Shown here piece by piece: positions 34,935-45,499 of a stretch of 64,000 bases of DNA. Position 1 is the first letter of the stretch, and the number at the start of each line of letters is the position of its first letter. Location: IMG/VR virus record IMGVR_UViG_3300032070_000730; one strand, 5' to 3'. The notes beneath the pieces were generated by a model, which did not search any database, had not been told where the DNA came from, and worked only from the letters and a program-made list of their open reading frames with translations. Made by a program: the position numbers and the translations under genes. The stretch comes from a virus. Its lineage: Duplodnaviria; Heunggongvirae; Uroviricota; Caudoviricetes.

Positions 34935-37099
34935 GAGTTAATTCCTGAAAGTGCTTGAACATAATTGTTCAAAGTCAAACAGGCATATCTCGTGTCTGTT
35001 GCGGAATAACCAGCGACAACGACTACAGTTCTTCCTGCTACGAAAGCATTTGGAATAACAAAGATGTATGCTTCATTTTCTTTCCATCCGCTTCCAGTTC
35101 CGCCTGCACATGTGTATTCCTGACCCAACTTTCCGTTGTCAACAAGTTTCTGAACCATGCTGTTAGCACAAGAGCCACCGATTAAAATCAGATTTGTGTC
35201 GGTGTCTTGATTAACTTCTGTGTCAAGTTTTGAAACAGAGGTCGTTATTGGTTTTGTCTTGTAGTAATATTGCGTTTCATTGCCGATTATTATAGTTCCA
35301 GTCCCTTCAACAATGACTTTTGCTTTAACTTGGTCTGCTGGAATCTTCAACTGAACTTTGTCTGAACTGCCTTCATTATCGGGGTTGGATATGATGACAC
35401 CAAAAGCGGTTCTCAAATCATTATCCTTTGTTCCGATTGTCTTGTTGTTCCATAAAAGTTCATTTGCTTCAGATTGACCATCAAGAGCACCAAGCGAATC
35501 GAATTCGTTGCCACTCTGATGAATCCAAGCAGATGTGTTGTCATTGCTTATCACACCGTCTTGAACTTCAAGATATAGTGTGTTGTTGCTGAAGTTTCCT
35601 GTCAATGACAGAGGAACTTTATTTCCTTTTGTGCTTTTGTAGTTGACATATCCGAACACATTATTGTCGGATGGGTCGTTGTTGATTATAGTTCCTGCGA
35701 ACTTCCACGCACCGTCTTTATTGTAGTAGAAGACGCTTACATTTCCTTGAGTCGCATTCTGCGAGAACAAATAAATCTTTCTTGTCTTCATGTCATCAGT
35801 GAAATTGTTTCCTTTTAAAGACCAAGCAGGAGAATCGTGCCATAGCAAGATTCCATCATCTGCGGGTGCTAAAAATTGGAATACACTTTCTGATGTTCCC
35901 CATGAGAAAGATTGTTCATTCGCTCTGGAAAGGTCAACTGAATTTCTCAATGACAATTCGTATGACGCATAATCTGCATCATCGACGGTCAATTTATCGA
36001 AACAGACAGAAATATATTTCTCTCCTTTCGGAACAGAATAACAATCACCTTCAGTTACTGGATTGTCATCTATGCTGTTCTTGACCATATCGTTCTTGAC
36101 ACCAATCACTGGAATCAAGGTATTCAAATCGTCAATTTCCCAAATCCAATCTGGGTCAGTCTTGCTTTCACCTATGAATGCATCTCCGTCTTTGTAAGTC
36201 TTTTCGATGTCAGAACCAACTAATAGTTGTGCAGAGCCACTTCCATTCTCTTCAGCGAATGAAACCAAGATTTTTATCTTGAGCCCATTGACAGTTTTTG
36301 CTGTCGTTCCAACTATAACCTGTTCTCCATCGACTGAAACTATCGCCCTATCATTGTTTGATACTGCGATAAGTTTCAATATTTTGCCTTCTACCGTCTT
36401 TGTTTCTCCAGTGGAGAGAACAATTTCCTGACCAAGTTGTGCAGTAAAAGATGTCTGGCTGTTGACTTTGGTTATCGTCAATTTGTTTCCAAGTATGAAA
36501 ACTTCTAACGGTTCATCTTGGCTCGCTGTAGTTATGTTTATGTCATCATCGAACACATGGTAATAGGCTATATCGCCTCTATTAATTTCCATGTAGACAT
36601 TTTCTTTGTAGTCATCTTTGTTTCCTGTCAAACTTGTCTGCATGACTGGCGTGTTATTTCCCAGTCTTATCTCTTCATGCATATCATAGGAATCTCCCTG
36701 AAAGTCAATCGATGCATCTTGAAGACCTTTGATTTCATTGTTCGTCAATGTTCTATCAATCAATCCAACACCAGTTATAGGTGAACCCAAAGGAATATCT
36801 TCCGATTGTGCTCCGCTAATCTGTCCTGATATTGGGATGGTAACTTTTTCAGTGTTGTCACCAGCAAGTCTTATCATAACATCGATTGCACCAACAACAT
36901 CTTCTGTCGATGCTCTCTGTCCAACTATGACAAAAGCCTTTAGATTGTTATTTGAATCAAATAGGAATTGTGGATAATTGGATAGATAGTATAGTTGTTG
37001 GTTTGACGGTGTAGTAGTCGCTGTAGTATTCTGCGAAGTTGCAAAGCCTATGAGACATACTATAGATAGTAATGCCATAGCAACTGCAACTAATTTCAT
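34892..37099 (-). CDS. large secreted surface (S-layer-like) protein
   Basis: Signal peptide MKLVAVAMALLSIVCLIGFATS; 735 aa, Thr/Ser/Asn-rich with many N-x-S/T sequons; adjacent glycosylation island. Confidence 0.5.
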   Translation of the reverse strand: MKLVAVAMALLSIVCLIGFATSQNTTATTTPSNQQLYYLSNYPQFLFDSNNNLKAFVIVGQRASTEDVVGAIDVMIRLAGDNTEKVTIPISGQISGAQSEDIPLGSPITGVGLIDRTLTNNEIKGLQDASIDFQGDSYDMHEEIRLGNNTPVMQTSLTGNKDDYKENVYMEINRGDIAYYHVFDDDINITTASQDEPLEVFILGNKLTITKVNSQTSFTAQLGQEIVLSTGETKTVEGKILKLIAVSNNDRAIVSVDGEQVIVGTTAKTVNGLKIKILVSFAEENGSGSAQLLVGSDIEKTYKDGDAFIGESKTDPDWIWEIDDLNTLIPVIGVKNDMVKNSIDDNPVTEGDCYSVPKGEKYISVCFDKLTVDDADYASYELSLRNSVDLSRANEQSFSWGTSESVFQFLAPADDGILLWHDSPAWSLKGNNFTDDMKTRKIYLFSQNATQGNVSVFYYNKDGAWKFAGTIINNDPSDNNVFGYVNYKSTKGNKVPLSLTGNFSNNTLYLEVQDGVISNDNTSAWIHQSGNEFDSLGALDGQSEANELLWNNKTIGTKDNDLRTAFGVIISNPDNEGSSDKVQLKIPADQVKAKVIVEGTGTIIIGNETQYYYKTKPITTSVSKLDTEVNQDTDTNLILIGGSCANSMVQKLVDNGKLGQEYTCAGGTGSGWKENEAYIFVIPNAFVAGRTVVVVAGYSATDTRYACLTLNNYVQALSGINSLSAKVVGGSVTAK

Positions 37100-37317
37100 T
37101 TTCTCATCTCCATTTTATATTAGCCTCATATAGTTTGGCTTATCGGCTTGATTTATGAGCATAATTTACCACTGGACGGTATATATAGTTGACTTGAGAT
37201 GGTTGCACATTCACTATTTTGAATTTTTCTTTTTTGTTTTGTTTTGTCGAGAAAAGTCAGGAAAATTCCTTTAATGGTTACAATGAACTTTTTAATCTCG
37301 CTTAATCAAAATAAAAA

Positions 37318-37521
37318 CTATTCCACGAAAGTGCATTTTGGGCAGAAATAAGTCACTGGTGATGGTTTGATTTTCCTGTAGTATGTCTCACCGACTTCTA
37401 TTTTCTTCCCACATTTTCTACAATGAGGTCTTCTTAATACAACAAACCTCTCATTTGCAACGCATTCTTTTACCATCGAACTCACACCAAGACAATATAG
37501 AAGAAATCCAAAAACACACAT
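37318..37521 (-). CDS. zinc-ribbon protein
   Basis: CRKCGKK...CPKC. Confidence 0.35.
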   Translation of the reverse strand: MCVFGFLLYCLGVSSMVKECVANERFVVLRRPHCRKCGKKIEVGETYYRKIKPSPVTYFCPKCTFVE

Positions 37522-37706
37522 TCAAAAATATGAAAAAAACATTGTATATCGTAAATTCCAAACTAAAAATGTGAAAACTATCAGAATCCATAAGTTCTAT
37601 AGCCAGCCATTGCATATCTAAAGTCAGTCTCTCTAAAAACATTACATAAATCATGCTTATTAAAAGAACAACCGATAATATTCTCATCCCATTCTGAAAT
37701 CTCATT

Positions 37707-37961
37707 TTACTCACATATTGTTGTATTCTCGAAATGTGGCATATCGACGCAAGAAGATTTCCATTCCCCAAAACTCATATAACTACCAGTAAAGCACATT
37801 TTTTCTTTAGTATAAATTAAACAGCAAGGTCTTTCAATGGTTTTGTTAACGCATTTATATGGATGTATCTGTTCAGTCATATACAAATAAGCAACAGTAA
37901 TCAGTCCAATCGTTATAACTACCATGATGATTGTTGCGAATATCGTTGAAACCCCTTTCAT
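37707..37961 (-). CDS. small membrane protein
   Basis: N-terminal TM helix. Confidence 0.3.
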   Translation of the reverse strand: MKGVSTIFATIIMVVITIGLITVAYLYMTEQIHPYKCVNKTIERPCCLIYTKEKMCFTGSYMSFGEWKSSCVDMPHFENTTICE

Positions 37962-38158
37962 AATATCACGATAAAATACCTATTACACCTTCTATAGTAT
38001 CATTGAGTGCTGGCTGATAATAATAATATACACCTTCCAAAAATATCGCAATTATCAAAATGATAATAAATATTGCTATCAGATAGCGTTTTTTCATAGA
38101 TAAAATTAAACTTTTAATGTTTAAATAATTATTTATATGTTAAAAAGGATAGGAAAAT

Positions 38159-38452
38159 ATGAGAAACTTCCCGTTTAGTTTTTTCAGGTCATGTATAGTC
38201 TTTGGAATACTGCGTTCATTGCTTGTAAACAAGAGAGAAATGACAATCAGTTATCTTGCACGATATTTGGATGTCACATATTCGCAATTATGGAAAAAAA
38301 TCATAGAACTTGAAAAACAGGGATTTCTGGAAAAGAGATATATCGGTAGAGTTGTAATTTTGAATTTAACTGGTGATGGAAAGAGAATTGCTGAACATGT
38401 TGATAAGATTGTAAAGATATTGGAAGGGAAAAAAGCATGGAGTGGAAGATAA
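38159..38452 (+). CDS. winged-helix transcriptional regulator (MarR/ArsR-like)
   Basis: MTISYLARYLDVTYSQLWKKIIELEKQGFLEKR. Confidence 0.45.
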   Translation: MRNFPFSFFRSCIVFGILRSLLVNKREMTISYLARYLDVTYSQLWKKIIELEKQGFLEKRYIGRVVILNLTGDGKRIAEHVDKIVKILEGKKAWSGR

Positions 38453-39975
38453 AAGAGATAACAATCGACGAAGAATTCTTGCAGGCATTATTCCTATTTT
38501 CATGCTTGTTTTTATTCTGTGCCTATGTTTATTTCGCAACGAAGACGCAACCTTTGGGAGAAGATGAAATTACTTATATGAGGATTTCAAAAGAAATCTA
38601 TCAAGGAAGATTTACTGGGTTTACTTCTGATGGTCATCCAGTTTCCGCTCCATTGATGCTATCAATCATATCTTCTGGTCTGTTCTCAATATTTGGAGTA
38701 AAACTTGCTGTGTTGAAAGCAATATCTACAATCTTTGGATTTTTTTCCCTGATTTTTATTTATTTCGCAGTAAAGAAAACAAAAGGAATAATGCCAGCGA
38801 TAGTTGCATCATCGTTGATGCTATCAATATTTTTATTTTCGCATTTGCTGATGCTGGCTTATGTTGAAACTCTGATAATGTTTTTCTCATCGCTGATAAT
38901 TTTTCTTTTGACGAGGGGTAGAAGCATTAGTTATGGAATCCTTCTCGGAATAACAATCGCACTTTCTCTTTTTGCAAAACATTCTGCGATGATGTTCATA
39001 CCGATACTTCTAATATATTTTTTCTGGTCTGGAGAACACAAGTTATACAAGAAATATATCATAATCGCCATGTTGATACCAATTCTTGTATGGGGGTTGT
39101 TCGCAATTCATAACATATTGACATACAAGATACCAGCAATCTTTGGTCTTGATACTATATGGATTTACTTCTATGGAGACCCATACCCCCCAACTTCTTT
39201 GCCAGAGTTCAGCAACACTGGGGTATATTTTATAATTCCAATGGTTCAGGATTTTGGAATCTTGCCGATGCTATTCATGTGCGTGGGATTTTTTTATGTT
39301 TTCAGTGAAACGGAAACAAAGATAACTAAAATATCCCACATAGCAATCTTGGTCTTCCTTCTTTTCTCTGCTTACTATGGATTCAGACATGAGACACGTT
39401 ATCTTATGATAATTGTTCCATTTATGGTCTTCGGGACTATTGGCTATTGGAAAGAATTGCAGAATTTTTTTGAAGAACAAGGAAAGACTTGGGCATTTTA
39501 TATTATAATACTTGGGTTGACTGTTTTTTCCATAAAAACAAGCGTTGACACGGTTTTGCTAACTTCAAGGTCGCAGAGATGGAATCCATCTTATGTTCAA
39601 GGTCTTTATTGGTTGAGAGACAATACGACAATCAATTCGACTGTGTTCACTGCATACGGTGGAAGTGTTTATTATTATGCAGAGCGTGACTATACTTGGG
39701 TCACATCAAAATTCCCAGAAATAATGACTACAACCAATTCAACAATAATATACAATGATTTGCTCGAACAGAAAGCAGATTATATCTATCTCTGGCAGGG
39801 AATTGTAGCAGACAATTATGTAGTTCCGCAGAGCAATCTTTTCGGAGTTTTCACGACAAACTTTCTCAATGTTGTAAGTGCAGACAAGACCCATTTCCAA
39901 CAAGTATTTTCAAATGATATTGGTGTAATTTTCAAGGTTGTAAAAAATGAAAGTCAGTCTGGTATTAGTCAGTAA
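38437..39975 (+). CDS. GT-C family membrane glycosyltransferase (ArnT/PMT-like)
   Basis: 512 aa, ~11 TM helices; conserved LGEDE in the first loop typical of GT-C (GT39/GT83). Confidence 0.5.
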   Translation: MEWKIKEITIDEEFLQALFLFSCLFLFCAYVYFATKTQPLGEDEITYMRISKEIYQGRFTGFTSDGHPVSAPLMLSIISSGLFSIFGVKLAVLKAISTIFGFFSLIFIYFAVKKTKGIMPAIVASSLMLSIFLFSHLLMLAYVETLIMFFSSLIIFLLTRGRSISYGILLGITIALSLFAKHSAMMFIPILLIYFFWSGEHKLYKKYIIIAMLIPILVWGLFAIHNILTYKIPAIFGLDTIWIYFYGDPYPPTSLPEFSNTGVYFIIPMVQDFGILPMLFMCVGFFYVFSETETKITKISHIAILVFLLFSAYYGFRHETRYLMIIVPFMVFGTIGYWKELQNFFEEQGKTWAFYIIILGLTVFSIKTSVDTVLLTSRSQRWNPSYVQGLYWLRDNTTINSTVFTAYGGSVYYYAERDYTWVTSKFPEIMTTTNSTIIYNDLLEQKADYIYLWQGIVADNYVVPQSNLFGVFTTNFLNVVSADKTHFQQVFSNDIGVIFKVVKNESQSGISQ

Positions 39976-40669
39976 GGATGAAAGAGAATATGTGAGACCA
40001 TTTTTTCATACACTAAAACTTCAAACAAGAAAACCAGAACAGATAATCCTTGTAGATTCGTCAACTGATGGAACTTTTCAAATCGCAGAACAATTTGTCG
40101 ATAAATCATTTTGGACACCACCAGCACCTGTTGGATATTGCCGACAAGTCGGTTTCGAGAATTCTACAGGAGATATAATCATTTTCACCGATTTAGATGC
40201 ACTTCTTAATCCATTTTGGATTGAGAACTTGGTCAAAATGTTTGAAAATCCAGAAGTCAATGTTGTAAGGGGGACGGTCAGATATAGGGAAATAAAAGAT
40301 AAAATCCCGAAGAAATTCACGACAATCCATCACTGCAATACAGCATACAGAAGAAAAGTGCTGGAAGAATTTCCTTTTGATGAAGAATGTAATCATGATG
40401 ACATAGACATGAATGAAAGAGTCGGGAGAAAATATAAAATATACGGATGTCCAGAAGCGATAGTCCTTCACATAGGCTCTTTTGCGAAGACTTCTGCGAA
40501 GGAGAAAGCAAGGAGATACGCCGAAGCAGACATATATCTTTTAAAGAAATATAAAACATTGTTTATGTTCTTCAGACCATTCGCCAACGCATTATATTCT
40601 ATGATAATTGAACGAAGGATAAAATACAATTTCTATTATATTTGGTTCTATACGAGGGGGTTGATATAA
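39947..40669 (+). CDS. GT2-family glycosyltransferase
   Basis: VSLVLVSKDE...ILVDSSTDGT and DxD TDLDA. Confidence 0.6.
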   Translation: MKVSLVLVSKDEREYVRPFFHTLKLQTRKPEQIILVDSSTDGTFQIAEQFVDKSFWTPPAPVGYCRQVGFENSTGDIIIFTDLDALLNPFWIENLVKMFENPEVNVVRGTVRYREIKDKIPKKFTTIHHCNTAYRRKVLEEFPFDEECNHDDIDMNERVGRKYKIYGCPEAIVLHIGSFAKTSAKEKARRYAEADIYLLKKYKTLFMFFRPFANALYSMIIERRIKYNFYYIWFYTRGLI

Positions 40670-41281
40670 ATGGAAAATTTTTATGAAAGATATTGGAAGG
40701 AAAGGAAAGACACACCAAAATGGACAGAAGAAGTATTAGATAAAAAATATTCTTTCATAAAAAAATATTTGAACGGAAAAATACTTGATGTTGGATGTGG
40801 TGAAGGTGCTGTTACTTCTTTTCTTCATGATAAAGGTTTAGATATTATGGGATGCGATATATCTAAAAGAGCAATAAAAATAGCGAGGCAAAAACATCCA
40901 CAAATAACATTTTTAATCAAAGATTTCAACACAGAAACAAATTTCATGAATGAATCATTCGATGGAATAATATTATTCGAGGTGATTGAACATATTTATG
41001 ATACTAATAATCTTTTCAAAGAACTAAATAGGATAACAAAAATTGGTGGTAGATTATTCATAACTACTCCTCAAATGTATCTTATTAAAAATCTTTTGAT
41101 TTCATTCCTATGGGATTGGTATTTCAAACCAGACAGTCCTCATATCAGGTTCTATACTTTGAATTCTTTAAAAACAATTCTCTATAAATTCGGGTTCATT
41201 CTCGAAAAATATAAATCAGATGGGACTTGGTTGAAAATATTTCCCAAAGGAATGTTTGTGGTGGCGAGGAAACATGAATAG
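40670..41281 (+). CDS. class I SAM-dependent methyltransferase
   Basis: Motif I ILDVGCGEGAV; ...RLFITTP. Confidence 0.6.
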   Translation: MENFYERYWKERKDTPKWTEEVLDKKYSFIKKYLNGKILDVGCGEGAVTSFLHDKGLDIMGCDISKRAIKIARQKHPQITFLIKDFNTETNFMNESFDGIILFEVIEHIYDTNNLFKELNRITKIGGRLFITTPQMYLIKNLLISFLWDWYFKPDSPHIRFYTLNSLKTILYKFGFILEKYKSDGTWLKIFPKGMFVVARKHE

Positions 41282-42755
41282 AATCTCTTTTGTCGTTCCT
41301 GCTCACAACGAGGAAGACAACATAAGCAGATGCATATACAATCTGCTTGAATACAAAAGAAAAGAGGATGAAATAATAGTCGGTCTTGGATACATAGCAT
41401 CGTTGCTTGAGAAGAACGGTTATGAAGTAAAAATAGAAGAAATGAGTTTGGTGACTTCGGAGAAAGAAATTGAAAACAAGATTAAGATGCACCATCCAGA
41501 TGTCGTTGGAGTTTCCTGTTTTACTAATTTCAGATACGGGGCTTTCAGGACATTGGAAATAGCGAAAGAAGTTGACCCAGACATAATAACTCTTGCTGGC
41601 GGTTCACACGCAACCCTGATGTCAGACCAAGTGATGAAAACTCAAGACAAAATAAATTTCATAGTTCTTGGTGAAGGGGAATGCACGACAGTAGAATTAT
41701 TGCAAACTTTAGAAAAGAACGGGGATGTCAAAAAAGTAAAGGGAATTTGTTTTAAGAAAAACAAGGAAATAATCTACACTGAACCAAGACCGCTTATAGA
41801 GGATTTAGACATACTACCATTTCCAGCAAGGCATTTGATGGATTTGAGTCTGTATTCTGACATAGGAAGAGACAATTATTTCAAGACGATAAGGGGCAGT
41901 GAGTTTCACGGAGAAAAAATATCAAAGTTCAAGAAGTCCTTCATAATGGGGAATCGAGGCTGTCCATTTTCCTGCCAGTTTTGTTCAATATCAAAATTTT
42001 GGTGTCATCGATGGAGAGGAAGAAGTCCAGAGAACGTAGTTGATGAAATGGAATATCTATCGGAAAGATTTAACATAAAAGTGATTGGTTTTAATGATGA
42101 CACATTCTCTGTGAGCATCGACAGAGTGATTGGAATATGCAAAGAGATAATTAAAAGAGGACTTGATATAAAATGGTTTTCTACTACAAGAGCAGACCGT
42201 GTTTCTATTGAGATGTTAGAATGGATGAAAAAATCAGGATGTTTTATGATTGCATATTCGCCAGAATCAGGCTCTCAAAAAATCCTTGATAATATAAACA
42301 AACGCATCACGGTAAAAGATATTATCAAGTTTCACGAACTGTGTCATAAAGTTGAACTTCCTGTCGGTATCGGGTTGATGGTCGGTAATGTTGGAGAGAC
42401 AAATGAGACAATGGAGGAAACGATAAAACTTTTGGATGTAATCAGACCAGAAGGAGTTGGTGTCAATCTAACAACAGTCTATCCAGCCACAGGATTGTAT
42501 GAATTAGCAAAAAAACAAGGGTTCATAAATGATGATGACTGGTTAAACCCGAATTTTTTAGCACCAATATATACCGTAGAAAATTCTATGGAACAGTTGA
42601 TGAAATGGAAACAGAAAATAATGATGCATTACTATCTAAAGATTTTTGGGTTCAAAAGAGTAATGAATTACTGTATTGAAAATATGGAAGATGTTCCAAA
42701 GGTTTTGAATTACTGGCTGAAAAGAACTTTTGGTAAAAGGCATCAAATAATGTGA
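41256..42755 (+). CDS. B12-binding radical SAM protein with chimeric GT2-derived N-terminus
   Basis: B12-binding GYIASLLEKNGYEV...GGSHAT; radical SAM CPFSCQFC. First ~40 codons duplicate the N-terminus of GT2 gene 43403 (28-nt identical stretch). Confidence 0.6.
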   Translation: MWWRGNMNRISFVVPAHNEEDNISRCIYNLLEYKRKEDEIIVGLGYIASLLEKNGYEVKIEEMSLVTSEKEIENKIKMHHPDVVGVSCFTNFRYGAFRTLEIAKEVDPDIITLAGGSHATLMSDQVMKTQDKINFIVLGEGECTTVELLQTLEKNGDVKKVKGICFKKNKEIIYTEPRPLIEDLDILPFPARHLMDLSLYSDIGRDNYFKTIRGSEFHGEKISKFKKSFIMGNRGCPFSCQFCSISKFWCHRWRGRSPENVVDEMEYLSERFNIKVIGFNDDTFSVSIDRVIGICKEIIKRGLDIKWFSTTRADRVSIEMLEWMKKSGCFMIAYSPESGSQKILDNINKRITVKDIIKFHELCHKVELPVGIGLMVGNVGETNETMEETIKLLDVIRPEGVGVNLTTVYPATGLYELAKKQGFINDDDWLNPNFLAPIYTVENSMEQLMKWKQKIMMHYYLKIFGFKRVMNYCIENMEDVPKVLNYWLKRTFGKRHQIM

Positions 42756-43399
42756 TGAAAATGAATAGAAGATTAAAATTTATAATACAAAATTCTTTGA
42801 ATGGGAAAAGTTTGGATTGTGGTTGCACTCAAAACCAAAATTTTCATGATAATCTTGTAAAGTTATCTAATTTTAAATGGTTTAGTGTTGATAAAAATCC
42901 ATTCTATAGAGGTAAAAAATTTAGAAATTCAGGATTTTTTATATGTAATGTAGTTCACTTATCATGCAGAAATGAGGTTTTTAGTAATATTTTCGCTGGT
43001 GAATTAATAGAACACATAACTGAAAAGAATGGCATAAAATTTATAGATGAAATTCATAGAGTATTAAAAACAGGGGGGAAACTTTTTATTACTACACCTA
43101 ATAAAAAAAGTTTAATGAATAGAGTTATCCATAATAATGAGCATATCGAACATTTACATTTATATGATTTCAATGAGTTAATAACAAAATTAACAGAACA
43201 TAGATTCAAATGTTTAGAAATTTCTGGTGATTTTTATGATGAAAAAGAACTTTTAGGCAATCCTAAAATTAGCGGAATTTATATTGGTAGTGATACAATA
43301 AAAATTGGTGAAATTTTAAAACCAATTAGATTTCTGTTAAATAAATTATTACCGTTAGAATTAAGGGAACAAATAAGAATAATAGCAAAGAAGGTTTGA
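42752..43399 (+). CDS. SAM-dependent methyltransferase (paralog of 40670..41281)
   Basis: LDCGC..., KTGGKLFITTPNK. Confidence 0.45.
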   Translation: MMKMNRRLKFIIQNSLNGKSLDCGCTQNQNFHDNLVKLSNFKWFSVDKNPFYRGKKFRNSGFFICNVVHLSCRNEVFSNIFAGELIEHITEKNGIKFIDEIHRVLKTGGKLFITTPNKKSLMNRVIHNNEHIEHLHLYDFNELITKLTEHRFKCLEISGDFYDEKELLGNPKISGIYIGSDTIKIGEILKPIRFLLNKLLPLELREQIRIIAKKV

Positions 43400-43402
43400 A
43401 TA

Positions 43403-44329
43403 ATGAAAGTATCATTTATTATTCCATGTCATAACGAAGAAGAAAACATACGAAAATGTCTGGATAATCTTGAAAATTATAAAAAAAAAGAGGATGAAAT
43501 AATAGTCGGTCTTGATGCATGCACCGATAAGACAGAAGAGTATGTTCGATTATTCGGAATGAATTTCATAAAATCGGAACAGAATATAGGAAAGCATGGA
43601 ATATTGAAAAAACTAATAAAAAAATCTCATGGAGAAATAATCATAATTCATGACGCTGATTGGTTTCTTTCTGGGCAGAAACCATTGTCCGCATTGATAA
43701 AATATTTTGATGATAAAAAGGTCGGGGGAATAGCAAATTCATTTTCAATGACATTCGCCAACAGAAAAATCTGCAAAGGAATTGCATATCTTGGGGATGT
43801 TTGGTGCGATTATTTTCTGAACGAATTCAAGAAAACCTATTATACCAAGAGAGAAAATGGGATTCTTTATGTGGATGAGAAAAAAATGTTTTTTCCTTTC
43901 TTCCTGAATGTAATCAGAAGAGAAATTATAACAGAAGCGATAACAGGTGCTGATGATTTGGAAAGAGTTCTTGACATAATTAGGAAGGGGTATAAGATTG
44001 TAGTCCTTGAAGATGAAGAGATTCCGCATCAGGTTGTTCAATACAATTATATATCACTTCCAAATTTATACAAACAGAAACTGCGTGGTCATCTGGCAAG
44101 AAAACAAATCAAAAGGCATTACAATTATAGCACGAGCGTAAGAAAATTCTATCTCCCGATGACAATTTTCCTTCTCCGTAAAATGTTAAAAATACATTCA
44201 ATAAAGATGGTTGCTTCCATGTCTGTGTGGATTGGTATAACTGCTATTTCTTATATTCACGCACTCATATTAAATTCGATGGGGCATGTTACGACTGAAA
44301 GGTTGTGGAAGGAGATGAGAATAAGATGA
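43403..44329 (+). CDS. GT2-family glycosyltransferase
   Basis: VSFIIPCHNEEENI...IVGLDACTD...IIIHDADWF. Confidence 0.6.
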   Translation: MKVSFIIPCHNEEENIRKCLDNLENYKKKEDEIIVGLDACTDKTEEYVRLFGMNFIKSEQNIGKHGILKKLIKKSHGEIIIIHDADWFLSGQKPLSALIKYFDDKKVGGIANSFSMTFANRKICKGIAYLGDVWCDYFLNEFKKTYYTKRENGILYVDEKKMFFPFFLNVIRREIITEAITGADDLERVLDIIRKGYKIVVLEDEEIPHQVVQYNYISLPNLYKQKLRGHLARKQIKRHYNYSTSVRKFYLPMTIFLLRKMLKIHSIKMVASMSVWIGITAISYIHALILNSMGHVTTERLWKEMRIR

Positions 44330-45216
44330 TAAAACTGATAAAATACAAACATTTTTCAAAAGAAAATAAAAAAAGAATAATTAATTTTATTAAAAATCAT
44401 CCTAAATTAAATTATTCAAAAATAGGTAAACATTTTAATTTAGAAGGAAGTAGAATTAATTACATTGCATTAAAATATACTAATATTAGAAGACCCAAAC
44501 CCAAATTAAAAACATCTGTTTGTTTATATTGTAAGAATCCTTTTTCATATCCAAATTGGAAAATTTATAAAGATAGAAAATATTGCTCACACGAATGTTT
44601 TTTAAAATCTGGAAATGCACATAAAGTTAAAAAAATAACTAAAAAATGTGAGGGGTGCAAAAACAAATATGTGATTTTACCTTGTTATTCATCTCGAAAA
44701 TATTGCTCACACGAATGTTTTTTAAAACATCTTAAAATTTGGAATAAGGGGTTAACTAAATATAATGATATACGATTAGAAAATAGTGGAATAAAGGTAA
44801 GGAAATGGGCTTTAATGCATAAGAATCCAACTTTATTTAAAAAAAACGACCCAAATCATCCTATGAAAAATTTAAAAATAAAAAGAAAAGCATTAAAAAG
44901 TCTTTTTAAAAGACCAACAAAACTCGAACAAAAATTTATCCTTTTTTTCAATAAATACTCTCTCCCATTCAATTATTGTGGAGATGGTTCATTTTTTATC
45001 GGTGGATTATGCCCAGATTTTGTAAATAAAAAAAAGAAATTTTGTATGGAAGTGGGAAATATGCGATTTAAAACACGAATTGCAAAAATTAATCCTAAAA
45101 ATTATGAACAACAAAGAATTTTACATTTTGCTAAATATGGGTGGAAATGTTTTGTTATATGGGAAGAAGATTTTAATGAAGGTGAACTTGTTGAAAAAAT
45201 TAGAGGAAATATCTAA
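44305..45216 (+). CDS. HTH + duplicated Zn-finger + C-terminal PD-(D/E)xK-like nuclease domain protein (paralog of 56603..57376)
   Basis: Two CxxC...CSHEC modules encoded by an exact 31-nt internal repeat (44577-44607, 44697-44727). C-terminus GGLCPDF...CMEVG..K...AKYGWKC aligns with 56603..57376. Confidence 0.45.
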   Translation: MEGDENKMIKLIKYKHFSKENKKRIINFIKNHPKLNYSKIGKHFNLEGSRINYIALKYTNIRRPKPKLKTSVCLYCKNPFSYPNWKIYKDRKYCSHECFLKSGNAHKVKKITKKCEGCKNKYVILPCYSSRKYCSHECFLKHLKIWNKGLTKYNDIRLENSGIKVRKWALMHKNPTLFKKNDPNHPMKNLKIKRKALKSLFKRPTKLEQKFILFFNKYSLPFNYCGDGSFFIGGLCPDFVNKKKKFCMEVGNMRFKTRIAKINPKNYEQQRILHFAKYGWKCFVIWEEDFNEGELVEKIRGNI

Positions 45217-45499
45217 AAAAATAGCAAAATTAAAAGTCTATTTACAGCGAGCCATGATATATGGTAGTGTCATTAATTTTATTCTTATCATTGGAACTTT
45301 TATTAAAGTATGGGGAATCAGTTTATCATTTTGGTTGTTGATACCATTGACAATTATACCTTCAATCATAGTCGGTTATATCGATGTCGAAGTTCTAAAA
45401 CTTTTCAAGTATGAAAACGACATTATGAATCTTCATAATCGAATAGAAGAGATTAAAAAGGATTTGGAAAAAATAAAAGAAAAGTTGAGGATTGAATGA
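45176..45499 (+). CDS. small membrane/coiled-coil protein (start uncertain)
   Basis: TM pair plus a KKDLEKIKEKL coiled coil. Confidence 0.3.
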   Translation: MKVNLLKKLEEISKKIAKLKVYLQRAMIYGSVINFILIIGTFIKVWGISLSFWLLIPLTIIPSIIVGYIDVEVLKLFKYENDIMNLHNRIEEIKKDLEKIKEKLRIE

